Shown: one piece after another, positions 29,428-38,545 of the stretch
How positions within the stretch are numbered: the first letter of the stretch is position 1
Layout: each line of letters begins with the position of its first letter
The notes under the pieces: model-generated
Database searches by the model: none
Seen by the model: the letters and a program-made list of their open reading frames with translations, nothing else
Told to the model about the DNA's origin: nothing
Made by a program: the position numbers and the translations under genes
NCBI GenBank assembly: GCA_043779265.1
Contig: JAYWEM010000084.1
Span: 3,768-67,767, forward strand
Reading direction: 5' to 3'
Origin: a bacterium
GTDB lineage: Bacteria; Eisenbacteria; RBG-16-71-46
Length of the DNA stretch: 64,000 nt

Positions 29428-30806
29428 TGCGGATCCGACGCTTCGCGCCGCCCTCGCCGGTCACGCTGGGAGCCGTTCTCGCTGCGGGTGCGCTGGTGCT
29501 CGTGCTCGCGCCGTCGCTGCTCGCGGCGGCCATCACCGTCGAGGCGCTGGCGCTGGCGTTCTGGTTGTGGGCGCGCGCTTCGGAGACACCCGTCGAGACA
29601 CTCCGGCGATGGACCTGGCTGCGGCGTCCGGCGATGGCGCTCTGGCTCGCCGTGGCGCTGTTGGCCGTTCTGCCCGAGCGAGCGGGGGTGTTCGATCCGA
29701 GCGGTCTCGCCGCGCAGGCGCCGGAACTCTCCGCGCCGGGGCCGCGCGATCCGCTGTCAGCCCCGCGAACGCTCGCGGCGTTCGCGATCCTGTGGGCGGC
29801 GCTCGAACTGCTCGCAGCCGCGCCACTGGCTCGTCCGTATCCCGATCTCACCGGGCCGTTGGTGCGCTCGGGTCCCTGGCTGCCGGCGCTGCTGCCGGTG
29901 ACGGGATTCCTCGTGCTCTGGCGGCACCGAGCGCTCTGGGGTGACGCGCCGTTCATGCATGAGGCGGCCAGCTTCGCGCTGCTCGCCGCGGCGTGGCTCG
30001 CCGTGCTCCGCGCCTTCGCGAGGCGCGGGTTCACGGCATCGACGCGCTGGCTCTCGGTCTATGACTCGGCACTCGCCGCGCTCCTATTGGCTCGCCAGAT
30101 CGTCGAGCCGGAGATCGTCTTGTTGCTGTGGGCAGCGGCCGCGGGCGGACGGTTCATGACGCTCGTGGCGGAGTCGCGCGGAGCCCTCGCGAGGCGCGGT
30201 CCCGTGCTGGCTCGCTTGTGGCGCGTGGCGAGTTGGTCGGCCGGAGCGTGTCTGGCATGGCCTCTGGTGGCCGGGGTCTCGTTCGCGGGAGGACGGTTCC
30301 GCCTGTTCGAGACGCTGCTCGTCTGCCTTCCGATCTTCCTCGCCGCGTTCCTCACGTGGCAGCGCCTGGTCGAGGTGCCCGAGCGTCGAGCCGCACGGCG
30401 ACTGGATCGACTCGCGGCCCTGAGCGCCGCGGCGGCGGCCGGCACGTTGATACTCGGCCCGCTCGCGCTGCTGGCGGCGTGGTGGAATGGGTTCGAGGTC
30501 CCCATGATCGCGGGCCTCCTGGCTGCAGCCCCGGCGCTGCTCGCGCTTCGGCCCACTCCGACGGGTGGAGAGGTGCCGGCGATGTTCCGGGTTCCGGCGG
30601 CGGCGGGAGCGAGCGCGCGCGACACCGCGGTCTCGATCTTCCGCACCGTGGTCGCCATGGAGCGCGAGTTGGCGCGCGCGCTCGGTGTGGCCGTTCGCGC
30701 GATCACCGCCCCGATCCGCGACCTCCACACCGGCGATGCGCAGGAGTATCTGCTGTTCCTCGCGGGTGTGGCGCTGCTCTCACTCCTCGTTCCGCTGATG
30801 AGATGA
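29427..30806 (+). CDS. hypothetical polytopic membrane protein (about 12 predicted helices)
   Basis: 459-aa hydrophobic ORF, translationally coupled to its neighbours. It may be a very divergent antiporter-like subunit. Confidence 0.45.
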   Translation: MRIRRFAPPSPVTLGAVLAAGALVLVLAPSLLAAAITVEALALAFWLWARASETPVETLRRWTWLRRPAMALWLAVALLAVLPERAGVFDPSGLAAQAPELSAPGPRDPLSAPRTLAAFAILWAALELLAAAPLARPYPDLTGPLVRSGPWLPALLPVTGFLVLWRHRALWGDAPFMHEAASFALLAAAWLAVLRAFARRGFTASTRWLSVYDSALAALLLARQIVEPEIVLLLWAAAAGGRFMTLVAESRGALARRGPVLARLWRVASWSAGACLAWPLVAGVSFAGGRFRLFETLLVCLPIFLAAFLTWQRLVEVPERRAARRLDRLAALSAAAAAGTLILGPLALLAAWWNGFEVPMIAGLLAAAPALLALRPTPTGGEVPAMFRVPAAAGASARDTAVSIFRTVVAMERELARALGVAVRAITAPIRDLHTGDAQEYLLFLAGVALLSLLVPLMR

Positions 30807-30816
30807 GGGACGCTCG

Positions 30817-32022
30817 GTGATCGCTCCTCTGACGACCCTGCTGGCACTCCTGACGCTGCTCGCCGCTCTTCTGCTGCGGCCGCGCCCCGAAGGCGAACCG
30901 CCGCGGACGCAATTGTTGGGCCTGGCGCTGTGGTTCATCGCCCTGCTGCCACTCGCCAGTGTCCTGCACTCCCCGCATGCGCTGGGACCAGCGGGCGTGC
31001 TGCTCACGTGGGCGCTCGTTCTGGCTCTACTGCTGCGGGACCTGCGGGATCCCTACTCGAGCGAAGCGGCGCTCAAGCTCGCGTGGGTGGGCGGCGCAGC
31101 GCTGGCGCTCTCGCTCGCCGGCGAGCACCTGCTCGCGCTGGCGGCGGGGACAGCGCGAGTGAGCGAGCAGGGCCCGGCCCTGACGCTCGGGCTGGACCCT
31201 TACGCACTGTGGGGCGTGGCGCTCGTGCTCAGTCTGATGGTCGGAGTCGTATTGCTCGCCGGTGTGCCCTTCCACTTCTGGGCCGCCGATCTCGCGCAGG
31301 GCGCGCCGCTCCACATCGCGCCTCTGGCGCTCGCCTCGCTCGCCGCGCTCGGCGCTGCGTGGCTGTCGCGCCGCCTTGCGGAAGTCGCGAACTTCCCCGA
31401 CGGACTCGACCGGGTCGGTGCGGTGCTCGCAGGTTCGGCAGTGCTCGCGCTGATCGGCGGCGGCGCTTCGCTCGCGTGGCAGAAGCGGCCCGATCGCCGA
31501 GTCGGCGTACTGGTCGGCGTGCAGGGCGCTCTGGTGCTGACGGCGCTGGCGATCGATCCTGGGCGCGCGCCCTTCACGTCGCTCTCGCAGGATGGGCTCG
31601 CAGCGTGGGCCATCCATCTCGGCCTCGCGCTGACCGGCGCCATCGCCTTCGCGCGATTCACGCCCGCCGACGTGCACGCGATCGAACCACCCGCCGTGCT
31701 GTTCCGTCGCCACCCGTGGGCGGGTTTCGCTGCGCTCTACGCGCTGCTGTCCTTGAGTGGGGCACCCGGCACGCCCGGCGCATCGCTCTGGTTCGTGACG
31801 GCTCGTCGCGCGATCGAGACCGGGCACTCCGGTTGGACGTTGGCCCTCGCGTTCGCCTGGGTCGCGTCGGTGGCGATGGTGATCAGCGAGGCGCGCCGGG
31901 CGTTCGGGATCCCCGCGAGTGGTCCGGCGCCGGAGGCGGAGGTCCCGCTCCGCGTTCGGGTCGCACTCTTCGCCGTGGCGGGCGGACTCGCGATGCTCGG
32001 TCTCGCCTGGATTCTCGTCTGA
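30817..32022 (+). CDS. membrane protein carrying a NuoN / Mrp-antiporter family signature (proton-conducting membrane transporter-like)
   Basis: Contains VPFHFWAADLAQGAP, matching the conserved NuoN/ND2/MnhD motif (PFHFWxPDxYxGAP). The protein is otherwise divergent and only 401 aa long. Confidence 0.55.
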   Translation: MIAPLTTLLALLTLLAALLLRPRPEGEPPRTQLLGLALWFIALLPLASVLHSPHALGPAGVLLTWALVLALLLRDLRDPYSSEAALKLAWVGGAALALSLAGEHLLALAAGTARVSEQGPALTLGLDPYALWGVALVLSLMVGVVLLAGVPFHFWAADLAQGAPLHIAPLALASLAALGAAWLSRRLAEVANFPDGLDRVGAVLAGSAVLALIGGGASLAWQKRPDRRVGVLVGVQGALVLTALAIDPGRAPFTSLSQDGLAAWAIHLGLALTGAIAFARFTPADVHAIEPPAVLFRRHPWAGFAALYALLSLSGAPGTPGASLWFVTARRAIETGHSGWTLALAFAWVASVAMVISEARRAFGIPASGPAPEAEVPLRVRVALFAVAGGLAMLGLAWILV

Positions 32023-32070
32023 AGGCGAACGGCCCGCCACGCGGTGCGTGACAGGCCGTTCGTACGAAGA

Positions 32071-32146
<76 letters not shown>

Positions 32147-32268
32147 ACGAGAGGCCGAGCACGATACGCACGGCCCCTTGCCGCGTCAAGCGCCCGCGTG
32201 CGAGAGCAAGCGCCAGCATGTTAGGTTCCCGCGCTCGACCGGATTCGAGCGACCTGGGGAGGAGTGCG

Positions 32269-32676
32269 ATGTCGGTGTTGGAGCGCGCAGGCGGCGTCCG
32301 CGTTGCGGGGATCCACTGGCTGCCCGTGCTCGTCTATGTCGCCCTCATCTTCATGCTGAGCGCCCAGCCGCGTCTGTCGCCGCCCTTCACCTTCCAGAAC
32401 TCGGACAAGGTGCTCCATCTGCTCGAGTACGCGGTGCTCGGCGTTCTGCTCGCCCGCGCGATCCGGCGCAGTTGGCCATGGCGGAGCATCGTGGCCGCGG
32501 CCGCACTCACACTGTTCGTCGGCCTCGCGGTGGCGGCCGGGGATGAATGGTTCCAGAGCACCGTGCCCGGCCGGGACTCGACGGTGTTCGACTGGTACGC
32601 GGATGGGTTCGGCCTCGTGCTGTCTCAACTCGTCGTCCTGACTCTCGGACGTGATCCCAGCGAGGCTCGGACATGA
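32269..32676 (+). CDS. VanZ-like family membrane protein
   Basis: Small membrane protein with the VanZ-like motifs (DKVLHLLEYAVLGVLLA ... GDEWFQSTVPGRDSTVFDWYADGFG). GGAGG RBS. Confidence 0.65.
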   Translation: MSVLERAGGVRVAGIHWLPVLVYVALIFMLSAQPRLSPPFTFQNSDKVLHLLEYAVLGVLLARAIRRSWPWRSIVAAAALTLFVGLAVAAGDEWFQSTVPGRDSTVFDWYADGFGLVLSQLVVLTLGRDPSEART

Positions 32677-33953
32677 GTCACAAGCACCAGGCTCCTCGCG
32701 GTACACGTGACCTGATGCCAGCGGACACGCGGCTGTGGCAGTGGGCGGAGGAGCGCGCCCGGAGCGTCCTGACGCACTACGGGTTCGGCGAGATGCGCAC
32801 CCCGATGTTCGAGGACTACGAGCTCTTCGCCCGCAGCTCCGGCGAATCGAGCGATGTGGTGCAGAAGGAGATGTACCGCTTCCAGGATCTGGGCGAGCGC
32901 GATCTCGCACTGCGTCCCGAGTTCACGGCGGGCGTGCTCCGAGCCTATCTGGAGCATGGCCTCGGCGGTCGTAGCCGCGTCCATCGCCTGTGGAGCATGG
33001 GACCGGTCTTCCGCTATGGCCGGCCGCAGAAGGGGCGCTATCGTCAGTTCAGTCAGTTGAATGCCGAGCTGATCGGATCGAGCGCCGCGGGCGCGGATGT
33101 CGAGGTGATCGCCCTGTTCGTGGATCTCTATGAGGCGTGGGGCTTCCGCGACCTCAGCGTGCTCGTCAACAGCGTCGGCCAACCCGCATCACGCCGCGCC
33201 TATGGGGAGCGGCTTCGCGCGTTGTTCGCACCGCATGCCTCGCGCCTCAGCGAGGACTCGCGTCGGCGTCTCGAGCACAACCCGCTCCGCGTGCTCGACA
33301 CGAAGGACGCCGGTGACCTCGAGCTGTTGCGGGAACTGTCCGATCGGATGCCGCGCCTGGTCGATGTGCTGGACGATGCCGACCGGGCGCACTGGGACGA
33401 AGTGCGTGCAGGGCTCGAGTCCGCCGGAGTGGCGTTCGAGATCGACCATGGCCTGGTGCGCGGGCTCGACTACTACTCGCGCACGGCCTTCGAGGTGCAT
33501 GACCGCTCGCTCGGCGCTCAGAGCGCGCTCGGCGGCGGTGGTCGCTACGATGGTCTCATCGAGATGCTGGGCGGCCCGGCCACGCCGGGGGTCGGTTTCG
33601 CGATCGGGATCGACCGGGCGCTGCTCGTGCTCGAGGAGCGCGGGTTCCAGCCTCCAGCGGCCGATACCGTGTATGTGGTCGCGATGGACTCCACCCGGAC
33701 GGCAGCTCAGGCGCTGGTGCGCCGGTTGCGCCGGGAGTTCACCATCGAGACCGACATCGAGGCGCGCGCCTTCGGGGCCCAGATGAAGTCCGCCGGCAAG
33801 GCGGGTGCCCGCATCCTGCTCATCGTCGGTGAGGAGGAGTGGAAGCAGGGCATCGTCGCACTCAAGGATTCCAAGACGGGTACGCAGCAGGCGGTTGCGA
33901 TCGATCGGCTCGCCGAGACGCTGCGGTCCATCCTCTCATCCCAGGAGACGTGA
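32673..33953 (+). CDS. hisS: histidine--tRNA ligase
   Basis: Class II aaRS motifs (GTRDLMP..., YRFQDLGERDLALRPEFTAGVLRAY) and a C-terminal anticodon-binding domain. Confidence 0.9.
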   Translation: MSHKHQAPRGTRDLMPADTRLWQWAEERARSVLTHYGFGEMRTPMFEDYELFARSSGESSDVVQKEMYRFQDLGERDLALRPEFTAGVLRAYLEHGLGGRSRVHRLWSMGPVFRYGRPQKGRYRQFSQLNAELIGSSAAGADVEVIALFVDLYEAWGFRDLSVLVNSVGQPASRRAYGERLRALFAPHASRLSEDSRRRLEHNPLRVLDTKDAGDLELLRELSDRMPRLVDVLDDADRAHWDEVRAGLESAGVAFEIDHGLVRGLDYYSRTAFEVHDRSLGAQSALGGGGRYDGLIEMLGGPATPGVGFAIGIDRALLVLEERGFQPPAADTVYVVAMDSTRTAAQALVRRLRREFTIETDIEARAFGAQMKSAGKAGARILLIVGEEEWKQGIVALKDSKTGTQQAVAIDRLAETLRSILSSQET

Positions 33954-33954
33954 G

Positions 33955-35769
33955 TTGGAGCACAGGCTGGAAGGCATCGGCGACTGGCGGCGCAGTCACA
34001 CGTGTGGCGCGCTCGTGGCGACGGACTCGGAGAAGACGGCCACGCTCATGGGCTGGGTGCATCGCTCGCGCGATCACGGCGGCGTGCTGTTCGTGGACCT
34101 GCGTGATCGGTACGGGCTGACTCAAGTCGTGTTCCGGCCGGAGTCCGGTGGGGCGGAGTTGCTCGACCGCGCCGCCCACCTGGGCAACGAATTCGTGATC
34201 GCTGTTCGCGGCGTGGTGGCCAAGCGTCCCGCCGAGGCGATCAACCGCGACATCGCGACCGGCGAGATCGAGCTCGAGGCGCGTGAACTCAAAGTGCTTT
34301 CGGCCTGTGATCCGCTCCCGTTCCAGGTCAACGAGGAGCACATGCTCGCGAGCGAGGATCTGCGCCTCAAGTATCGCTACCTCGACCTGCGGCGCTCCGA
34401 GATCTCGAACATGCTCGTGCTGCGCCACCATGCGGCGATGGCAGCGCGGAACTTCCTCAGCGGGCAGAGCTTCCTCGAGATCGAGACGCCGCTGTTGGTC
34501 AAGACGACGCCCGAGGGCGCTCGCGATTACGTCGTGCCCAGCCGCGTGCACCATGGCCGCTACTACGCGCTGCCGCAGAGCCCACAGCTCTACAAGCAGA
34601 CCCTCATGGTCGCGGGCGCCGATCGCTACTTCCAGCTGGCGCGCTGCCTCCGCGACGAGGACCTGCGCGCCGACCGACAGCCCGAACACACGCAGATCGA
34701 CCTCGAGATGAGCTTCGTCACCGAGGACGACGTATTCGATACGGTCGAGGGTCTGTTCGCGTCGCTGTGGAAGGAGTGCCTTGGCATCACCCTGCCGACT
34801 CCCTTCCCGCGCATCACCTATGACGAGGCGATGCGCACTTACGGTTCCGACAAGCCCGATCTCCGCTTCGCGCTCACGTTCACCGATGTCACCGAGCTGA
34901 GTGCGCAGTCCCCGCGCAATGTCATCGCCAATGGCGCCAAGGCGCCGGGCGGGACCGCGGTGGCGATTCGCATCCCCGGAGGCGCCGGGATCTCGGGGAC
35001 CCAGCTGCGCAAGTACGAGGACGTCGTCAAGGCGGCGGGCGCCGGCGGACTCACGTTCTTCAAAGTGCTGGCCTCCGATCGCGAGAAGCAGCAGGTGATC
35101 TTCCCCGGCGACCTGCTCGATCGCTTCCTCGCGCAGGTCGGCGCAGTCGAAGGCGATGCCGTTGTGTTCACGAATGGTCCCTGGGAGCGCACCTGCAAGG
35201 CGCTCGGTGTGCTGCGCTCGCACCTGGGCCAGGCCGAACTCGAGAAGCGCGGGCTGCTCGGTCGCACGGGCAGCGAGCAGGACTGGCAGTTCCTGTGGGT
35301 CCGGCAGTTCCCACTCTTCGAGTACAACGAGGATGCGAAACGCTGGGAGCCCAAGCATCACATGTTCACCATGCCCAATCCCGAGCACCTCGACCTGCTC
35401 GAGAGCGATCCGGGCCGCGTCATCGCCCAGCTCTACGACGTCGTGCTGAATGGCAACGAGCTCGGGTCGGGCTCGGTGCGCATCCATCGGCCCGACATCC
35501 AGGAGCGCGTGATGAAGGTGATCGGGCTGTCCCAGGAGCAGGCGCACGAGAAGTTCGGTTTCCTGCTCGAGGCCTACCGATTCGCCTCGCCTCCGCATGC
35601 GGGCATCGGCATCGGACTCGACCGTGTCATCATGCTGATGGGTGGTCGCGACTCGATTCGCGACGTGATCGCGTTCCCGAAGACCGCCTCGGCGACCAAT
35701 CTGATGGACGGCTCCCCGAGTGAGCCGGATCCCGACCAGTTGAAGGAGCTGGGTATCCGGCACGTGTAG
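33955..35769 (+). CDS. aspS: aspartate--tRNA ligase
   Basis: N-terminal OB fold (GWVHRSRDHGGVLFVDLRDRYG), class II catalytic core and the GAD insertion. The likely start is TTG at 33955, with AGGAG 8 nt upstream. The ORF-track start at 33805 overlaps hisS. Confidence 0.9.
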   Translation: MEHRLEGIGDWRRSHTCGALVATDSEKTATLMGWVHRSRDHGGVLFVDLRDRYGLTQVVFRPESGGAELLDRAAHLGNEFVIAVRGVVAKRPAEAINRDIATGEIELEARELKVLSACDPLPFQVNEEHMLASEDLRLKYRYLDLRRSEISNMLVLRHHAAMAARNFLSGQSFLEIETPLLVKTTPEGARDYVVPSRVHHGRYYALPQSPQLYKQTLMVAGADRYFQLARCLRDEDLRADRQPEHTQIDLEMSFVTEDDVFDTVEGLFASLWKECLGITLPTPFPRITYDEAMRTYGSDKPDLRFALTFTDVTELSAQSPRNVIANGAKAPGGTAVAIRIPGGAGISGTQLRKYEDVVKAAGAGGLTFFKVLASDREKQQVIFPGDLLDRFLAQVGAVEGDAVVFTNGPWERTCKALGVLRSHLGQAELEKRGLLGRTGSEQDWQFLWVRQFPLFEYNEDAKRWEPKHHMFTMPNPEHLDLLESDPGRVIAQLYDVVLNGNELGSGSVRIHRPDIQERVMKVIGLSQEQAHEKFGFLLEAYRFASPPHAGIGIGLDRVIMLMGGRDSIRDVIAFPKTASATNLMDGSPSEPDPDQLKELGIRHV

Positions 35770-35813
35770 CGAGATGGGGCTTTGAGATCGACTGCCCCGG
35801 AAGGAGTGCTCGC

Positions 35814-36911
35814 GTGATCAAGTTCATGTTGTTCATCGATGGCACCTGGCTCTATTCGAACACGCCGCGCCTGGTGGAGGCATCACGTGAGCCGAGCTTC
35901 GTGCTCGACTTCGGCAAGCTGCCCCAGGTTCTGGCCGCCGAAGTGGCCCAGCAACTCGGCCACACCGAGTACACCGTCGTGCGCACGCACCTGTTCGGGA
36001 GTTACGCCGACCATGCCGATGCGCGTGACAAGGAACCGATCCAGCGTCGACTCCACTTCTTCGCGATGCTCCGACAGCAGCATCACTACGAGGTCGAGGC
36101 CTTCCCGATCGATTTCCGGAACAAGCGGCTGCGCAAGTCGGACCGCGATCCCGCGGACACGTTCGAGCCCAAGGAGAAGTGCGTCGACATCGCGCTCGCG
36201 ACCTCGATGCTGTTCAGTGCGGCGATGCCCAATGCGTACGACGTCGCCATCGCGGTGCTGGGCGATCAGGACTTCAAACCCGTGCTGCAGAGTGTCCGCC
36301 GCCTCGGCAAACGAGTCGCCATCGCCAGTATCCACGGCGCGTGCTCGGGCGAGTACACGGACCCGGCTGACAAGGCGCGGGTGCGCGATCTCGATTTGAT
36401 CTGGCTCGAGGATCTGCTGCCCCGCCTCTCCAGGCGCTATGAGCCGCATCTGCTCGAATGCCTCTCGCCGATCCACGAGGGGGAGAGGCGCATGAGCACG
36501 ACCTACTACCCCAAGCGTGGCGAGCGCTTCTACTGCCCCGCGTGCCGCGACGCCTACGCCCGGCAGCGCTACGAGCGCGCTGCGTCCTCGTCGCCCGCGG
36601 TGGGTTCGGCCGGTCCGGCGGCGCCAGGCAATGGAAGCCCCGAGCCCGAGCCGCACTGGGCGCCTCCCGACACGCTGCTCTCGGGCGTGGTCAAGCACCG
36701 CCGCATGGACAAGAGCTACGGCTTCATCGAAGTGGATGGCTGCGGCGAGTGGGACGGCTCGGAGTACTTCTTCCACGAGACCGACATCAGCGACGGCACC
36801 CGCTTCATCGATCTCGCCGAGGGGACGATCGTGGAGTTCGCGGTCAAGGCCGAGGCTCCCGCCGGCAAGGCCCCACCCGCACGCGATGTTCGACGCAAGG
36901 TCGCCGTCTGA
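35814..36911 (+). CDS. NYN (LabA-like) nuclease-domain protein fused to a Zn-ribbon and a C-terminal cold-shock domain
   Basis: N-terminal NYN/LabA motif block (MIKFMLFIDGTWLYS ... KCVDIALATSML ... AIAVLGDQDFKPVL). A CPAC zinc ribbon is followed by a C-terminal cold-shock domain (GVVKHRRMDKSYGFIEVDG...EYFFHETDI...EGTIVEFAV). Confidence 0.7.
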   Translation: MIKFMLFIDGTWLYSNTPRLVEASREPSFVLDFGKLPQVLAAEVAQQLGHTEYTVVRTHLFGSYADHADARDKEPIQRRLHFFAMLRQQHHYEVEAFPIDFRNKRLRKSDRDPADTFEPKEKCVDIALATSMLFSAAMPNAYDVAIAVLGDQDFKPVLQSVRRLGKRVAIASIHGACSGEYTDPADKARVRDLDLIWLEDLLPRLSRRYEPHLLECLSPIHEGERRMSTTYYPKRGERFYCPACRDAYARQRYERAASSSPAVGSAGPAAPGNGSPEPEPHWAPPDTLLSGVVKHRRMDKSYGFIEVDGCGEWDGSEYFFHETDISDGTRFIDLAEGTIVEFAVKAEAPAGKAPPARDVRRKVAV

Positions 36912-36928
36912 CTCGCCTCGCGATCCTG

Positions 36929-37672
36929 GTGCTCGCGGGCGGCCTGCTCGTGTGTTCCGTGTCGGCTGCCGCGCTCGCGATCCCGGACACGGTGCAGGTG
37001 TCCCCCGATCTCGAGGTGATCCCGCTCACCGACGGCGTGTGGCGGCATCGTTCGTGGAACGTGCTCGGCGACGGCACGCGCTTTCCCTCGAACGGACTGC
37101 TCGTGCGAGATGGCGACGTGCTGGTGCTGATGGACACGGCGTGGGGGGACTCGCTGACCGAGGCTCTGCTCGTCTGGGCGGACTCGGCGCTCGCCTGGCC
37201 GATCGCGCGCGCGATTGCGACGCACTCGCACGACGATCGCGTGGGTGGAGCGGCGGCGCTCGCGCGTCGCGGCATCCCGCTGCACGTCTCGCCGGCGACG
37301 CATCGCCGCCTCAGCATCGCCGATGCCGCTCACGCGACCATGATCCGCCGACTTCGATCCCCCGGCTCCACGGCGCGAGTCGGCTCGCTGGAAGTTTTCG
37401 CCATGGGCGCGGCGCACGCGCCCGACAACATCGCGGTCTGGCTTCCGGGTCCTCGTGTCCTCTTCGGCGGCTGCGCTGTCAGGGCCGCCGCCAGTCGCTC
37501 GCTCGGGAACCTCGCGGATGCCGACACACTCGCGTGGGTCGACGCGATCTTCCGTCTCTCGCAGCGCTACGGCGGTGCTCGCATCGTCGTGCCCGGTCAT
37601 GGTGAGCCGGGCGGACCCGACCTGCTCGGCCACACGCGATCGCTCCTGCCGCGCTCGACTCACTCCCCCTGA
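36929..37672 (+). CDS. subclass B1-like metallo-beta-lactamase with a signal peptide
   Basis: HxHxD zinc motif (THSHDD), a GGC (Cys221-equivalent) and a GHG region. Long VIM/IMP-like blocks are conserved: VLVLMDTAWG, AHAPDNIAVWLPGPRVLFGGCAV, LGNLADAD and VVPGHGE. No in-frame ATG exists, so I use GTG at 36929 (CTG at 36908 is an alternative). The gene begins right at the NYN gene stop. Confidence 0.65.
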   Translation: MLAGGLLVCSVSAAALAIPDTVQVSPDLEVIPLTDGVWRHRSWNVLGDGTRFPSNGLLVRDGDVLVLMDTAWGDSLTEALLVWADSALAWPIARAIATHSHDDRVGGAAALARRGIPLHVSPATHRRLSIADAAHATMIRRLRSPGSTARVGSLEVFAMGAAHAPDNIAVWLPGPRVLFGGCAVRAAASRSLGNLADADTLAWVDAIFRLSQRYGGARIVVPGHGEPGGPDLLGHTRSLLPRSTHSP

Positions 37673-37679
37673 GCCCGTC

Positions 37680-38306
37680 TCAGTCGCGATAGCCGACGAT
37701 ACCCTTGCCGAGCACGATGTCGCGTCGCGCGAGCCACACCCCGTCGGCATTCCGGCTCGGCGTGGAGACGCCGACGCCGCCCCGGCCACTCGAGTGCGCA
37801 CGCCGCTGGGCAGGGGTGAGGCGAGGATCGTCCGTGAACACCAGATCGTCGATGTAGTACGTGCTGCGACCAGGCTCGAGGATGTGGAAGTGCACGTGCT
37901 GTGGGAGTGAGGTACCCGGGTAGCCGCCGGGGCGGATCGTGTCGAACGTGTAGCGCCCGTCGCGGTCGGTCCTCGCCCAGGCACGCAGTCGACCATGTCG
38001 CGTCGTCGTGGCACGAGCGGGCGGTGGATAGATCCCCTTCGCGTCCGTCTGATAGGCGTAGACGATCACGCCCGCGGCCGGTCGGCCCTTGGCATCGCGC
38101 ACGATGCCGTCGATGCGCATGGGTTCTCCCGGCTCCCGGCTCGGTGCGATCCGCGAGTGATGGGGGATCGAGTCCGGGATCCCCTCGAATACCGACTCGC
38201 AGCCCTCGCAGGGCCCGAGGATCCGGGCGCGCTCGGCGGCGGCGTTCGAGGCTGAAAGGGCCAGCGTCAGGCCGAGGATCAGGGCGGAGTATCGGAGGCG
38301 TCGCAT
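37680..38306 (-). CDS. secreted intradiol ring-cleavage dioxygenase-like protein
   Basis: Signal peptide MRRLRYSALILGLTLALSASNAAA. Protocatechuate-dioxygenase-like core with the HVHFH iron-ligand motif (GRV.DAKGRPAAGVIVYAYQTDAKG...DRDGRYTFDTIRPGGYP...HVHFHI). Confidence 0.65.
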   Translation of the reverse strand: MRRLRYSALILGLTLALSASNAAAERARILGPCEGCESVFEGIPDSIPHHSRIAPSREPGEPMRIDGIVRDAKGRPAAGVIVYAYQTDAKGIYPPPARATTTRHGRLRAWARTDRDGRYTFDTIRPGGYPGTSLPQHVHFHILEPGRSTYYIDDLVFTDDPRLTPAQRRAHSSGRGGVGVSTPSRNADGVWLARRDIVLGKGIVGYRD

Positions 38307-38545
38307 GCGCACAGTCTCCAGGCCGTCGTGCATCCGTGCACGCGCTCGCGGACGAACCGGGGAGGCCGGCTCACCGATGCGTCGACCCGGGCGACCGGCG
38401 CGGGGGAGGCAAGTGACCGCCTTTGAGGATGTTGGTGGGCTCTCCTGCCGCGAACCCGAGCGACCGAGACTCCAGGGGTCGGGGCCCGTGCGCGTGGTGG
38501 TGCGGCGCCCCATGAATCGGTCGTGTCACGCTGGGAGCGATTCGC

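Noticed and set aside
33862-35763. 633-aa minus-strand ORF across aspS
   Set aside because: Shadow ORF of a highly conserved aaRS gene.
36458-36907. Upstream extension of the MBL ORF through the NYN-CSD gene
   Set aside because: It overlaps the NYN-CSD coding region in a different frame and has no MBL-like sequence. The MBL similarity begins only at the signal peptide.
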